The notes: generated from the letters alone by a model not told the origin. A DNA stretch of 47,485 bases from an uncultured Candidatus Saccharibacteria bacterium (GCA_964349555.1 CAYGGK010000001.1:1-47485); one strand, 5' to 3'. Positions 37,138-46,711 are shown, counted from the stretch's first letter. A program made the numbers and translations.

Positions 37138-37925
37138 AATGCTTCCGGGTGTTTTCGCGACCATTCATAGAAAACAACGGCGGCAGAGACCGCGGCGTTT
37201 AGCGACTCGGTGCGCGCGTGTATCGGTATCTTGAGTGTCACGTCACAGGTTTCAAGAGTCTTCTCTCGGATACCGGCACCTTCGTTCCCGACGATGAAGG
37301 CGCTCGGCGCGTCAAACGCCTCCGCGCCGAGCGTTGATGCTCCGTTCATGGCCAAGCCGTAGATCCAGAAGCCGTGCCTCTTGAGCACCCCGAGCGCGTT
37401 ATTCACGTTACCAATAGTCACGAGCGGGATGTGGAATATCATGCCGGCGGAAGCCTTCACTACCGCACCGGTAATGCCTGCCTGATTGTGTTCTGGGATA
37501 AGTACGCCGGAGAGGCCGAAGGCAGCGGCGGAGCGGATAATTGCGCCGACATTATGCGGATCTTGCACTTCACCTAAAATCGCCACCGCGATTTTAGGTG
37601 ATCCTGACGAAGGAAGTGTCGCCAAAAATTGGTCGAGCGACAAGAGTAGGGAAGACGGGTCCATCGTTGCTATGACGCCCTGGTGCACCGCATCTTTCCC
37701 CGCGAGCTCCGTACCCCTCCCCGGTGCAAGCGCCGCGACGGGAATGTTGTTTTTAGTTAAAAGTGCGCGCAACTGCGCGTCGCGCATATCGGGGGAAAGG
37801 AAGACCTTGCGGATAACCTGCGGACTGTTCTGGAGCGCCTCTAGAAGCGCGTGCTTCCCATATATAAAAACCTTCCCCTTCGCTTCGCGTTTTGGAGTTT
37901 TGGTATGGTATCGTTGCGGCCGCAT
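37134..37925 (-). CDS. rlmB: TrmH/SpoU family RNA 2'-O-methyltransferase (RlmB-like)
   Basis: HQGV, QDPHNVGAIIRSA, GNEGAGI and SLNAAVS. Confidence 0.88.
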   Translation of the reverse strand: MRPQRYHTKTPKREAKGKVFIYGKHALLEALQNSPQVIRKVFLSPDMRDAQLRALLTKNNIPVAALAPGRGTELAGKDAVHQGVIATMDPSSLLLSLDQFLATLPSSGSPKIAVAILGEVQDPHNVGAIIRSAAAFGLSGVLIPEHNQAGITGAVVKASAGMIFHIPLVTIGNVNNALGVLKRHGFWIYGLAMNGASTLGAEAFDAPSAFIVGNEGAGIREKTLETCDVTLKIPIHARTESLNAAVSAAVVFYEWSRKHPEAL

Positions 37926-38039
37926 GGTGTCTCCATTGTACCAAGTTAGAACCTGTTTCCAAAATCGCTGAGTGAATCGCCGCTCTAAAAAGAAAGAGAG
38001 CCTGCATCTCCGAAGAGATGCAGGCCCATGTGAGTGGTA

Positions 38040-38999
38040 TCAAGTCAGAACATGAACTGAAGCTTGCCGATCTGGTGTTGGGATGAGTTCGGCGGGGATT
38101 GAACAGCCCAGCGCCTTGGCCAGCTTGTCGAGCAAATTAAGACCTGGCTGAAGCTTTCCTGTCTCGACACGGGATACAGCGCTGTGATGAATTTCGGCGC
38201 GTCTGCCGACTTCCCGCTGTGACAGACGAAGTTCCAATCGCTTCGCGGCTAGAAATCCGCCTAAGGGGCTGGTTGTACCTATCTGTTTCATTCTCCTTAT
38301 TGGTCGTAGAGCTTCCAGTTTGTTTACGTCGAGTTCAAGAATTTGAGCGAGCTGTGCGATCCTGTCGCCACTCTCACTTAAACGACATTGTCCGAACTCG
38401 ATTTTACTCACGAACTGTGGGCTGACGTTTAGTTTTTCGGCGAGCACATCGAGATTCATTCCGAGTTCTTTACGACGTGAGCGAATCAATTGACCCAATT
38501 TGCTTACGGTTTCCTTTCGGGTTATTCCCGCAAACTTGCCCAACACTGAATGGTCAAGGTCCAATGTGGTCGCTAGCGGTTGGACTAAACTGTGGCGAAT
38601 AGACAGATTACGTATCTCCAAGGACAGGGCTTGTCGAGGAGTCATATTCACTTTCTTTGCGAAAGCCGAAAGAGAGATGCCAAGTTCCTCACGTCGAGAA
38701 CGAATGAGCCTCCCCAACTCCGTAGTCGGCTGGGCGATGCGTTTGACTGGCATGCGCTTACGCAACTCCTCTACGTCGCACCGGAGTGCTTTTGTAAGTC
38801 GCTCTAGTTGGTAGTCATTGAGATACTTGCTTTTTCCGACCTCAATCGCGCTCAAGGAAGTTTGTGCGAGCCCGACTTCATTGGCCAGCGGGGCCTGCCT
38901 GAGGTCGAGTTCAAGTCGGCGGACTCTGATGAAATTTCCAAATTCTGACGTACTTGGCGTCATACCGACGCCAGCAGGTTGGTGCTTTTTCTTTGGCAT
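38040..38999 (-). CDS. Protein with four tandem XRE-type HTH domains
   Basis: Four repeats of (F/L)G..(I/L)..RR.EL...LA......S..E.G; GGAGG Shine-Dalgarno before the ATG at 38999. Confidence 0.85.
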   Translation of the reverse strand: MPKKKHQPAGVGMTPSTSEFGNFIRVRRLELDLRQAPLANEVGLAQTSLSAIEVGKSKYLNDYQLERLTKALRCDVEELRKRMPVKRIAQPTTELGRLIRSRREELGISLSAFAKKVNMTPRQALSLEIRNLSIRHSLVQPLATTLDLDHSVLGKFAGITRKETVSKLGQLIRSRRKELGMNLDVLAEKLNVSPQFVSKIEFGQCRLSESGDRIAQLAQILELDVNKLEALRPIRRMKQIGTTSPLGGFLAAKRLELRLSQREVGRRAEIHHSAVSRVETGKLQPGLNLLDKLAKALGCSIPAELIPTPDRQASVHVLT

Positions 39000-39130
39000 T
39001 GGCATTCCTCCATTTTCAAGCCTCACGGGTTTGGGCTTAATCCAAAGTCACGTTAACTCAAATGTCAAGAATAATCAAGCCAAAACGGAAAAAGAAAAAC
39101 CACGAGAGGATTTGGAGGAGTTCCTATCTG

Positions 39131-39203
39131 TGCGCGGTGAGGGACTTGAACCCCCGGCCCTCTCAACGTCAATGAGATGCTCTACCAACTGAGCTAACCG
39201 CGC
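39131..39203 (-). tRNA. tRNA-Val(GAC)
   Basis: GCGCGGT/ACCGCGC acceptor and TCTCA-TTGACGT-TGAGA anticodon arm. Confidence 0.92.
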
Positions 39204-39218
39204 GCACTGAGGACTATA

Positions 39219-40976
39219 TCATATTCTTCGAGAGCTGATTTCCTCTTGTATGTTTGCCAGAAAATGAGACAGATTTGTTTCTTCAAGTTTCCCACGGTCT
39301 CTACTTTCAACAGTCACCGTTTTAGAAGTCGCCTCCTGCTCGCCGACCACGAGGAAGTACGGCACCTTTGAACTCTTCGCCTGCCGTACCTTTTTCCCAA
39401 GGGTCTCATTTGACGAGTCAACGCGCACGCGGATACCGCCGCCACGCAGTTCTTTCTCTATTTCTTGCGCATACGCATTTTGCTTCTCACTTACCGGTAA
39501 AACAGTAACGTGTGTTGGGGAGAGCCAGAGCGGGAACGCCCCGGCATACTGCTCGATGAGAAATGCGAAGAACCGCTCAAACGACCCCATAATCGCGCGG
39601 TGAATGATAACCGGCTCTTCTTTTTCGCCGCGCGCATTCGTAAAGGCGAGACCAAAACGGCTCGCCGAATAGAAATCAACCTGCACGGTCGCGATAGTGT
39701 CCTCTTTGCCGTTCACGTTCCGTATCTGCACGTCTATTTTCGGCCCGTAAAAAGCCGCTTCGCCCCCGCCCTCCACATATCGCGCGCCGAATTCCTGTAG
39801 GGCGTCGCGGGCGGCTGTGGTAGCCTCGTCCCACACACTCCGGTTTTCAACATCGCCGAATTTCTCTGGATTTCCAAAGTCAGGGAGCGAGAGACGGAAC
39901 CAGTAGTCTCGAATGTTGAATACTTCGTCGTATACTTCGCGGAAAAGAGCGAGGACGCCGAGAAGCTCTTGTTTGAGGTCTGATTTTGCAGAGTAGATAT
40001 GCGCGTCGTTTTGGGTGAAGCAACGTGCGCGAATGAGGCCGGTCAATACGCCCGACCGCTCCAGTCGGTGGACGAGCCCGAATTCCGCCAACCGTAACGG
40101 CAAATCGCGATAGCTCACCGGGCGGTGCCGGAAGATCTGGTGATGATGCGGACAATTCATCGGGCGCAGGTAATATTCTTCGCCTTCTATTTCTATCGGG
40201 TCGTACATATCGCCGCGATAGTGGGCGAGATGTCCCGATTGTTCGTAGAGACGCTTGTGCGTGAGTACCGGCGTATATACATACTGGTACCCATGCGCCA
40301 ACTCTTTTTCATACATGAAGTCCTCAAGCTTCTTTCGGATATAGGCGCCGTTGGGTAGATACAGAGGGAGCCCTTTACCGACCTCCTCTGAAATCATGAA
40401 AAAGTCATGCTGTTCGTTCAGCAGGCGATGGTCTCTTTTTTTCGCCTCCTCTTGCTGTGTGCGATAGTCAAGCAACTCCTGCTTTGATGAAAAGGCGAGG
40501 CCGTAGATGCGCGTGAGCATGGGGTTTTTCTCGCTTCCTTTCCAGTAGGCCCCTGCTATGTGGGAGAGCGCGAATGCGTCCGCCGGTATCTCCGCGGTGG
40601 TGTCCGTGTGCCCGCCCGCGCACAAGTCGACGAATATGTTACCGGTCGCATAGAGCGTAATAGGCTCGCCCTTTTTCTCAAGTTCATCAATAAGTTCTAG
40701 CTTGAAGGGCTGGTTGGGGAAGCGCTCCCTCGCCTCCTCTGGCGAGGCCTCCATACGAGAAAAGGAGAGATTTTGACCGATGATTTCCCGCATCCGCCCC
40801 TCAAGTTGCGGGAGAACGTCTTCAGAAAAAGGCTGTGAAAATTTTATATCGTAATAAAAACCGTTATCAATAACCGGGCCTATGCCGAGCTTTGCTTCCC
40901 TGTCATACTCGAGCACGGAAGCCGCGAGCACGTGGGCGAGGGAGTGTCGTACGCGGTCAATACGTTCCATAGTCAT
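39219..40976 (-). CDS. thrS: Threonine--tRNA ligase (lacks N-terminal TGS domain)
   Basis: RHSLAH, DLCAGGH, RPMNCPHH, AFYGPKID and IHRAIMGS.ERF. Confidence 0.96.
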   Translation of the reverse strand: MTMERIDRVRHSLAHVLAASVLEYDREAKLGIGPVIDNGFYYDIKFSQPFSEDVLPQLEGRMREIIGQNLSFSRMEASPEEARERFPNQPFKLELIDELEKKGEPITLYATGNIFVDLCAGGHTDTTAEIPADAFALSHIAGAYWKGSEKNPMLTRIYGLAFSSKQELLDYRTQQEEAKKRDHRLLNEQHDFFMISEEVGKGLPLYLPNGAYIRKKLEDFMYEKELAHGYQYVYTPVLTHKRLYEQSGHLAHYRGDMYDPIEIEGEEYYLRPMNCPHHHQIFRHRPVSYRDLPLRLAEFGLVHRLERSGVLTGLIRARCFTQNDAHIYSAKSDLKQELLGVLALFREVYDEVFNIRDYWFRLSLPDFGNPEKFGDVENRSVWDEATTAARDALQEFGARYVEGGGEAAFYGPKIDVQIRNVNGKEDTIATVQVDFYSASRFGLAFTNARGEKEEPVIIHRAIMGSFERFFAFLIEQYAGAFPLWLSPTHVTVLPVSEKQNAYAQEIEKELRGGGIRVRVDSSNETLGKKVRQAKSSKVPYFLVVGEQEATSKTVTVESRDRGKLEETNLSHFLANIQEEISSRRI

Positions 40977-41040
40977 GATAGTAACACCGGGTATAATAGC
41001 ATGTTGTTGCCGATTTCTGGATGCTATAATCGAGACCATA

Positions 41041-41436
41041 ATGGGAACCCATTTTGGAGAACACATCACCATCGACGGCTACGGCGGGAGCCCGGAGCGT
41101 CTTAATGACGAAGAGGCCATTTCCTCCGCGCTTACCGAGTTGTGCGACGCGCTCCAGATGCGTCCGCTTATGAAGCCACTTATCCTCTCGGCGCCTGACA
41201 ACCAGCTCAAAGACCCGGGCGGATGGAGCGCTTTTGTTATTATCGCGGAAAGCCACATCAGCATACATACATTTCCCAAGCGCAGGTTCGTCTCGGCCGA
41301 TATTTACACCTGCCAGAACGGCATGGATGAAAGCCTCGTCGTTGACTTCTTTAAAAAGAAGTTTCAGCTTGAAGATGTTGAAACGAACTTTATCAAACGA
41401 GGCACGCGCTATCCTGCGGAAAACATCAGTTCGTAA
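41041..41436 (+). CDS. speD: S-adenosylmethionine decarboxylase proenzyme
   Basis: GEHITIDGY, IIAESHISIHTFP (E-S cleavage site) and DIYTC. Confidence 0.9.
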   Translation: MGTHFGEHITIDGYGGSPERLNDEEAISSALTELCDALQMRPLMKPLILSAPDNQLKDPGGWSAFVIIAESHISIHTFPKRRFVSADIYTCQNGMDESLVVDFFKKKFQLEDVETNFIKRGTRYPAENISS

Positions 41437-41530
41437 TATTTTTGGGCAGGACTTGCAAAAAATATTTCCCGTGCTATCATGCTCGGCAGAAAAAGCGCTA
41501 TGGTGCGCTTTGTTCTTGATGAGGTTCCCG

Positions 41531-41824
41531 ATGAGCAGAGACTCGAAAATATTGGTAACGATTACGACGGAACAGGTCGTCTCCCCAAGGGAGACATTCT
41601 ATCTTGTAAAGGCTTCCGCACCAGGGAATCTCCCTGCATCTGTCATCCTCCACATCCAGGAGGTCTATGAGGGTAGGCTTGGGGTAGAGCATTTTCGCGG
41701 CGGCGTAACCATAGCGCACCCTCATCGCTTCAAGATATTTTCCGAAGCGGTAAAACTGGCGAGACAGCTCGAGAAATATATAAAGAATCGTCTCCCCGAA
41801 GCTGAGGTGCGAATGAGGGCGTGA
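41531..41824 (+). CDS. Hypothetical protein
   Basis: GAGG-preceded ATG; hairpin and T-run terminator at 41838-41876. Confidence 0.45.
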   Translation: MSRDSKILVTITTEQVVSPRETFYLVKASAPGNLPASVILHIQEVYEGRLGVEHFRGGVTIAHPHRFKIFSEAVKLARQLEKYIKNRLPEAEVRMRA

Positions 41825-41959
41825 AGCTTTTCTAACTGAGCCCGACTGCGTAGCGCGGTCGGGCTCGCTCTTTTTATCTTTAGTCAAAATAGTTGGCAAA
41901 TCTACATTTTGTGCGTTATAATTTGGGACAGACCTCACAATAGGAAAGGAGACCATAAA

Positions 41960-42373
41960 GTGTCCGACGCAGAGCTTCTCAGTTCCTCAAAAGATTTAGC
42001 AAAAGTGAGAGTGGAAGGAAGGGTCCTTTGTTTCACTTTAACTAAACAACATAAAATAATGGTTCTTCCCACTAGCAGAAAGCGAGTTTCCAAGGAGGGG
42101 TTTTCCGCCGCGTCTCGTCTCGCAATGGAGGCAATGGAAGCTTTCGTAATCGGCCTTAAACCGGAAGTGCTCCTTAATTCCGTTACAGACAGGGGGTGTG
42201 ATGTTCAGGTGGGAGAGCACGTCATTTCCTTCAGAATGAACCCTGAGGGACATCTGTGGCGAGCACGAGTAGGGGACCGTTTTACTATCTCACAAGGACT
42301 TCTCCTTAAGGCGCAGACAGTCGCTACGGCGGCAATTCTTGGCGCCAGACAGGTGAGGTCTCCCCCAAAATAA
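41960..42373 (+). CDS. Hypothetical protein
   Basis: AGGAG upstream of GTG; hairpin at 42395-42420 downstream. Confidence 0.5.
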   Translation: MSDAELLSSSKDLAKVRVEGRVLCFTLTKQHKIMVLPTSRKRVSKEGFSAASRLAMEAMEAFVIGLKPEVLLNSVTDRGCDVQVGEHVISFRMNPEGHLWRARVGDRFTISQGLLLKAQTVATAAILGARQVRSPPK

Positions 42374-42436
42374 GGAGGTGAAGGATTCTTAATAGGGCGG
42401 ACACGGTACCGTGTCCGCCCCAACGTTTTGTAAAAT

Positions 42437-42644
42437 TGGTGACCCTACCGGGAACCGTGAGTACACTTTCGGTCACGAATAATTCGCTCGTCGACACTCG
42501 CGAATTTTCTCGACCCCGCCTCGCGGTTCGACATGCTTGCCGAACATCGCTCCGGCTTTCGATTCCCGCCGCAACGTTTCCAAAACGTTGCTCAGGGTCA
42601 TGCGTAAACGGAAAGCCGCCCGAATGGGCGGCTCCCGAATCGCA
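42437..42644 (-). repeat. Structured insert between tRNA-Glu and a CCA-bearing repeat of its 3' end
   Basis: TTCCCGGTAGGGTCACCA repeat at 42437-42454; inverted copies of tRNA end sequences at 42558-42568 and 42594-42604; multiple hairpins. Confidence 0.85.
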
Positions 42645-42716
42645 TGACCCTACCGGGAATCGAACCCGGGTTTAGAGCTTGAAAAGCTCTCGTCCTAACC
42701 GTTAGACGATAGGGCC
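42645..42716 (-). tRNA. tRNA-Glu(UUC)
   Basis: GGCCCTA/TAGGGTC acceptor and AGAGC-TTTTCAA-GCTCT anticodon arm. Confidence 0.93.
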
Positions 42717-42767
42717 TCACACAAAACTTATCATTTCTACGCTGAAATGCTAGCATGACTAGCATAC

Positions 42768-42854
42768 GGAGGGGTGTCAGAGTGGTCTATCGAGCTGGTT
42801 TCGAAAACCAGAAGGGGTGAAAGCTCCTCGGGAGTTCGAATCTCCCCCCCTCCG
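42768..42854 (+). tRNA. tRNA-Ser(CGA)
   Basis: GGAGGGG/CCCCTCC acceptor, CTGGT-TTCGAAA-ACCAG anticodon arm and long variable arm. Confidence 0.93.
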
Positions 42855-43090
42855 CCCAGACTTGCCACAGGTGAAAGTTTTCACGCCATGAAAAACCCCG
42901 CAACTGCGGGGTTTTGCATTCCTGACAATCACTGATCGAACGTCATTGCATACCAACCAGTACGTGATTCGAACCTTTTTATTGCATTTTTCTCTGTTCA
43001 AAGTACGCGCGACATTCACCGTTGTTATGCGATTCAAACTCTGTGTTTGACTCTTTGCGATATTAAGAGGATCACATATGCTTAATCTTA

Positions 43091-44722
43091 ATGTATGAAG
43101 AACTTAAAGCACGCCTCACCGCTGCCGTTGACGCGGTCGTATGTTCTGAATCTGTTAAAAAATTAGTCGTCGCTGGCCCTGGTTCTGGAAAGACACACTT
43201 GTTTCGACTCCTTCTGGAGAAATCAGAGGCAGGACAAGATAACGCACTTGTTCTTACATTTATCAATAACTTGAAAGATGATTTGGCGCGTGACCTGGGA
43301 ACTATGTCTCAGGTCTATACGTTCCATGCTTATTGTCGGCGCCTCTTGCACCAAAGTCCGAGAGTGCGCGGACGTCTTACTGATGCTTTTCATTATTTTC
43401 CGCCACTCCCGACACTGATCAAGACAGATTGGGAGATTATGTACGGTGGCAAAATTCCGAAATTTGTAGGTTTGATGCGTGATCTACAGGAAGGCGATGA
43501 AACGGACTTTTATACTGCGCGAGCTGACTATTACGATGCTGTATCTTTTGATGACTCTGTATTCAGAGCATATAAAGGGTTAAAGAAATATCCAGGCGAA
43601 ATGGACCATTATAAACTTTTGCTAGTGGATGAATACCAAGACTTCAATAAGCTAGAGGTCGAGCTTCTTGATATGATGTCCGCTACCAGCTCAATCGTTG
43701 TTGCAGGAGACGATGATCAAGCTCTGTACTCTCAACTTCGTAATTCAGATACGGCTTACATTCGTGGTCTCTACGCTGAAGCAGCGTATACGAATTTCTC
43801 CCTGCCGTTTTGCATGAGGTGTACAGCGCCAGTAGTCGGAGCCGTTGGTGATTTGATTCATCGGGCACGGGCACTTGGGCGCTTACCAGGCCGAATCGAT
43901 AAGCCCTACGAATTTTATCCTCCAAAGAAGGAACGAGATACAAATCAGTACCCGAATTTAAAGGATGTTGTGACAACAGTTCAAAATGGCCGTGCAAACT
44001 ATTTCGGACGATATATAGAACAAGAACTGGCGAAAATCCCTGAGGAAGAAATACGAGAAGCTGAAGAAGGGCATTTCCCTACGGTACTGGTGATAGGACC
44101 TCAACAATATCTTCGGCAAATAAGAGAACACCTCGAAAGCGTTGGCTATCCCTGTATGGCCAGTAACAGTGATGAATCAATTGAGCTTCGGCGTGAAGAC
44201 GGACTTCGAATACTCAAGGCCAGCGAAGACGCCAATTTGGGGTGGCGAATCCTGCTGGAGCTGGATAAACCAGCGTTCTTCTTGGATGCAGTTCAACGAT
44301 CCGCTGAGGAAGATCATTCGATGGTTAGCGTTTTGGACCAGGATTACCAAGCAAAAATCCTTGCAGAAGTACGTGCGTTCACAGAGGACGACGACGTGGA
44401 TAATGAAGCGCCTGTTGAAGAAAAAGCACCTCGGATAAACATCAAACTAGTGTCATATGAAGGTTCAAAAGGATTATCCGCACAGCATGTATTCATTGTC
44501 GGACTACACAATGGTGATTTGCCTCGAGTAGCCACAGCTCCTACTGATCTAGAGATTTGCAAATTCTTGGTTGCTTTGACCAGGACTAGAAAACAATGCC
44601 ACTTGCTTCACACTAGGCGATGGGGTGCTACGACAAAAGAAGCTTCAGTTTTTTTAAGTTGGATAGATCGGTCCAGGATAAGCCAGATTTTTGTCAATGC
44701 AAAATATTGGAAACAAATCTAG
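43091..44722 (+). CDS. UvrD/Rep-like superfamily 1 helicase
   Basis: AGPGSGKT, LTF, DEYQD, GDDDQALY, GSKGL and VALTR motifs. Confidence 0.9.
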   Translation: MYEELKARLTAAVDAVVCSESVKKLVVAGPGSGKTHLFRLLLEKSEAGQDNALVLTFINNLKDDLARDLGTMSQVYTFHAYCRRLLHQSPRVRGRLTDAFHYFPPLPTLIKTDWEIMYGGKIPKFVGLMRDLQEGDETDFYTARADYYDAVSFDDSVFRAYKGLKKYPGEMDHYKLLLVDEYQDFNKLEVELLDMMSATSSIVVAGDDDQALYSQLRNSDTAYIRGLYAEAAYTNFSLPFCMRCTAPVVGAVGDLIHRARALGRLPGRIDKPYEFYPPKKERDTNQYPNLKDVVTTVQNGRANYFGRYIEQELAKIPEEEIREAEEGHFPTVLVIGPQQYLRQIREHLESVGYPCMASNSDESIELRREDGLRILKASEDANLGWRILLELDKPAFFLDAVQRSAEEDHSMVSVLDQDYQAKILAEVRAFTEDDDVDNEAPVEEKAPRINIKLVSYEGSKGLSAQHVFIVGLHNGDLPRVATAPTDLEICKFLVALTRTRKQCHLLHTRRWGATTKEASVFLSWIDRSRISQIFVNAKYWKQI

Positions 44723-44826
44723 CAGTGTTTCTTTAGTCATGTTCTGTTAAAGGCAACAAATTTTGCACCACAGATGTGTATACCCCACCTAGTACCGCTG
44801 CGAAGCGCACGTTACGCTTTTTACAT

Positions 44827-45018
44827 ATGAATCTAATTAATCCAGAACGAGTGGCAGTTTTTGCGAAAATGTATGAAGAAGAATTTAGGGAGTCGATTAC
44901 TGAGGGTCAGGCGGAGGTGATGATGACCGGGTGTCTTCAGTTGCTTGTAATGCTGGCAAAGCCTTTGCCGAGTGAACGACTGTCTCAGTCAGAGGAAGCT
45001 GCTTCTTCAGAGCATTAA
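44827..45018 (+). CDS. Small hypothetical protein
   Basis: 63-aa ORF MNLINPERVAVFAKMYEEEFRESITEGQA. Confidence 0.5.
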   Translation: MNLINPERVAVFAKMYEEEFRESITEGQAEVMMTGCLQLLVMLAKPLPSERLSQSEEAASSEH

Positions 45019-45143
45019 TCATAAGTATGACCTCATTGAATTCATCGATATGTTTACTTGATTCTGTTCGAACGACGTCGACGACTGCCCGCAACGTGAG
45101 ACCGTTTCCAAGAGTGAAGAACTGTGGAATAATTGAAGTCTGC

Positions 45144-45686
45144 ATGAAAAACGCGCTCCCATTCACCATCGTCATAGTACTCACAGCCGCCACAGGCGTG
45201 TGGTGGCTCTTTGGCGCGCGTTCCGGCACACCCACCACCTTTGAAGAATGCGTGGCGGCAGGCAACCCGGTGATGGAGTCCTATCCGCAACAGTGCCGCG
45301 CTGGCGAACAGACATTCACCGAATTCATAGGCAACGAACTTGAGAAGTCCAACCTCATCCGCATTAGCTCCCCGCGTCCCAATCAAGCAATCTCTAGCCC
45401 ACTTACCATTGTGGGAGAAGCACGCGGCAATTGGTATTTTGAGGCGAGTTTTCCTGTGTTTCTCATTGACTGGGATGGCAGAATAATCGCCCAAGGCATA
45501 GCACAGGCAAAGAGCGACTGGATGACAACTGATTTTGTTCCGTTCGAGGTTACACTCACGTTTACGGTAGATAAAAATACATACAGCAACAAGGGCTCGT
45601 TGATATTAAAAAAAGACAATCCCTCCGGATTGCCGCAACACGATGATGCGCTGGAGATCCCGGTAGTCTTTGCTCCTCGTCAGTAA
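45144..45686 (+). CDS. Secreted or membrane-anchored protein with Gmad2-type Ig-like domain
   Basis: TM segment, TFEECVAAGNPVMESYPQQC, G.ARG.WYFEASFP and DNPSGLP. Confidence 0.8.
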   Translation: MKNALPFTIVIVLTAATGVWWLFGARSGTPTTFEECVAAGNPVMESYPQQCRAGEQTFTEFIGNELEKSNLIRISSPRPNQAISSPLTIVGEARGNWYFEASFPVFLIDWDGRIIAQGIAQAKSDWMTTDFVPFEVTLTFTVDKNTYSNKGSLILKKDNPSGLPQHDDALEIPVVFAPRQ

Positions 45687-45694
45687 CTCGGCGC

Positions 45695-46654
45695 TCACTG
45701 TTTTTTGATCCAGAGGTAGATGTCTTCAAGCGCCTTGACGCCGTCGCCGGCGGCGATGTTGTTCTGGTGGTAGAGCTCGTCGGTAGCGTCACCGGCGGCC
45801 CAGATACCCTCAACGTTCGTGCGTTGGTTGCGCGGATCGGCCTTTATTCGCTTGATGGGGTCAAATTCGACGAGGCCCTCGGCAAAGTCGGTGTTCGGAA
45901 TAACACCCACCTCAGCGAAGACGCCGGAGACCGCAAGTTCTTTTATCTCTCCCGAATCTTTGTCGGTATAGGTAAGTCCGGTTACGAACTGTTCACCCAC
46001 AACTTCAGTTGGTTCGGCATGAGCGATGATGCGCATATTCGGATGAGCGCGTGCTTTTTCAACGGTTATAGGGTCGGCCTTAAACTCCTTGTGCCGATGG
46101 AGAAGCGTAACCGACTTTGCGTACGCGAGGAGCTGGAGCGCCGTCTCAAATCCGGCATTTCCACCGCCAACCACGGCGACGTCCATCCCGCTGAAGAGGG
46201 GGCCGTCGCAGGATGCACAGTACGTAACGCCTTTATTCTCGAATTTTTCTGCGCCGGGGATATTCAACTTCCGACGTCCGGCTCCCGAGGCGATAAGCAC
46301 AGCCTTTGCCTCAAACTCTTTGCCCGTTTTCGTCTTCGCCAGGAACCCATTACTAGACTTTTCCAACGAGACGATGCGTTCGCCGACGACGGGCGTGACA
46401 ACATCACCCTTCACTGCGTCGAGATGCGTAGAGAACATTTTCGCGAGCTCGCTCCCACTTACCCTTGGTGCGCCAATCCAATTTTCAATGCCGTCAGAGA
46501 CAACCGACTGCCCGCCAACCTCCTCTGCCACTAGAACGGTTTTCAAATGTTTACGCGCGGCGTACACGGCGGCGGCGATGCCAGCAGGTCCGCCGCCAAT
46601 AATTATCAAATCGTAAACAGTTTGTAGTCTGTTGTCTGTAGTTTGTAGCGACAT
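45695..46654 (-). CDS. trxB: Thioredoxin reductase / AhpF-like FAD disulfide oxidoreductase
   Basis: GGGPAG, CASCDG, GGGNAG and AAGD. Confidence 0.88.
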   Translation of the reverse strand: MSLQTTDNRLQTVYDLIIIGGGPAGIAAAVYAARKHLKTVLVAEEVGGQSVVSDGIENWIGAPRVSGSELAKMFSTHLDAVKGDVVTPVVGERIVSLEKSSNGFLAKTKTGKEFEAKAVLIASGAGRRKLNIPGAEKFENKGVTYCASCDGPLFSGMDVAVVGGGNAGFETALQLLAYAKSVTLLHRHKEFKADPITVEKARAHPNMRIIAHAEPTEVVGEQFVTGLTYTDKDSGEIKELAVSGVFAEVGVIPNTDFAEGLVEFDPIKRIKADPRNQRTNVEGIWAAGDATDELYHQNNIAAGDGVKALEDIYLWIKKQ

Positions 46655-46711
46655 ACAATGAATGCATTCTATCAGACCTACAGACTACCAACTACCATCT
46701 ACTCAACTTTA

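Noticed and set aside
45055..45100. Possible right attachment site of the tRNA-Ser(CGA) islet (GTTCGAAC-containing segment)
   Set aside because: Only the TTCGAA core matches the tRNA; this is too little identity to call an att site.
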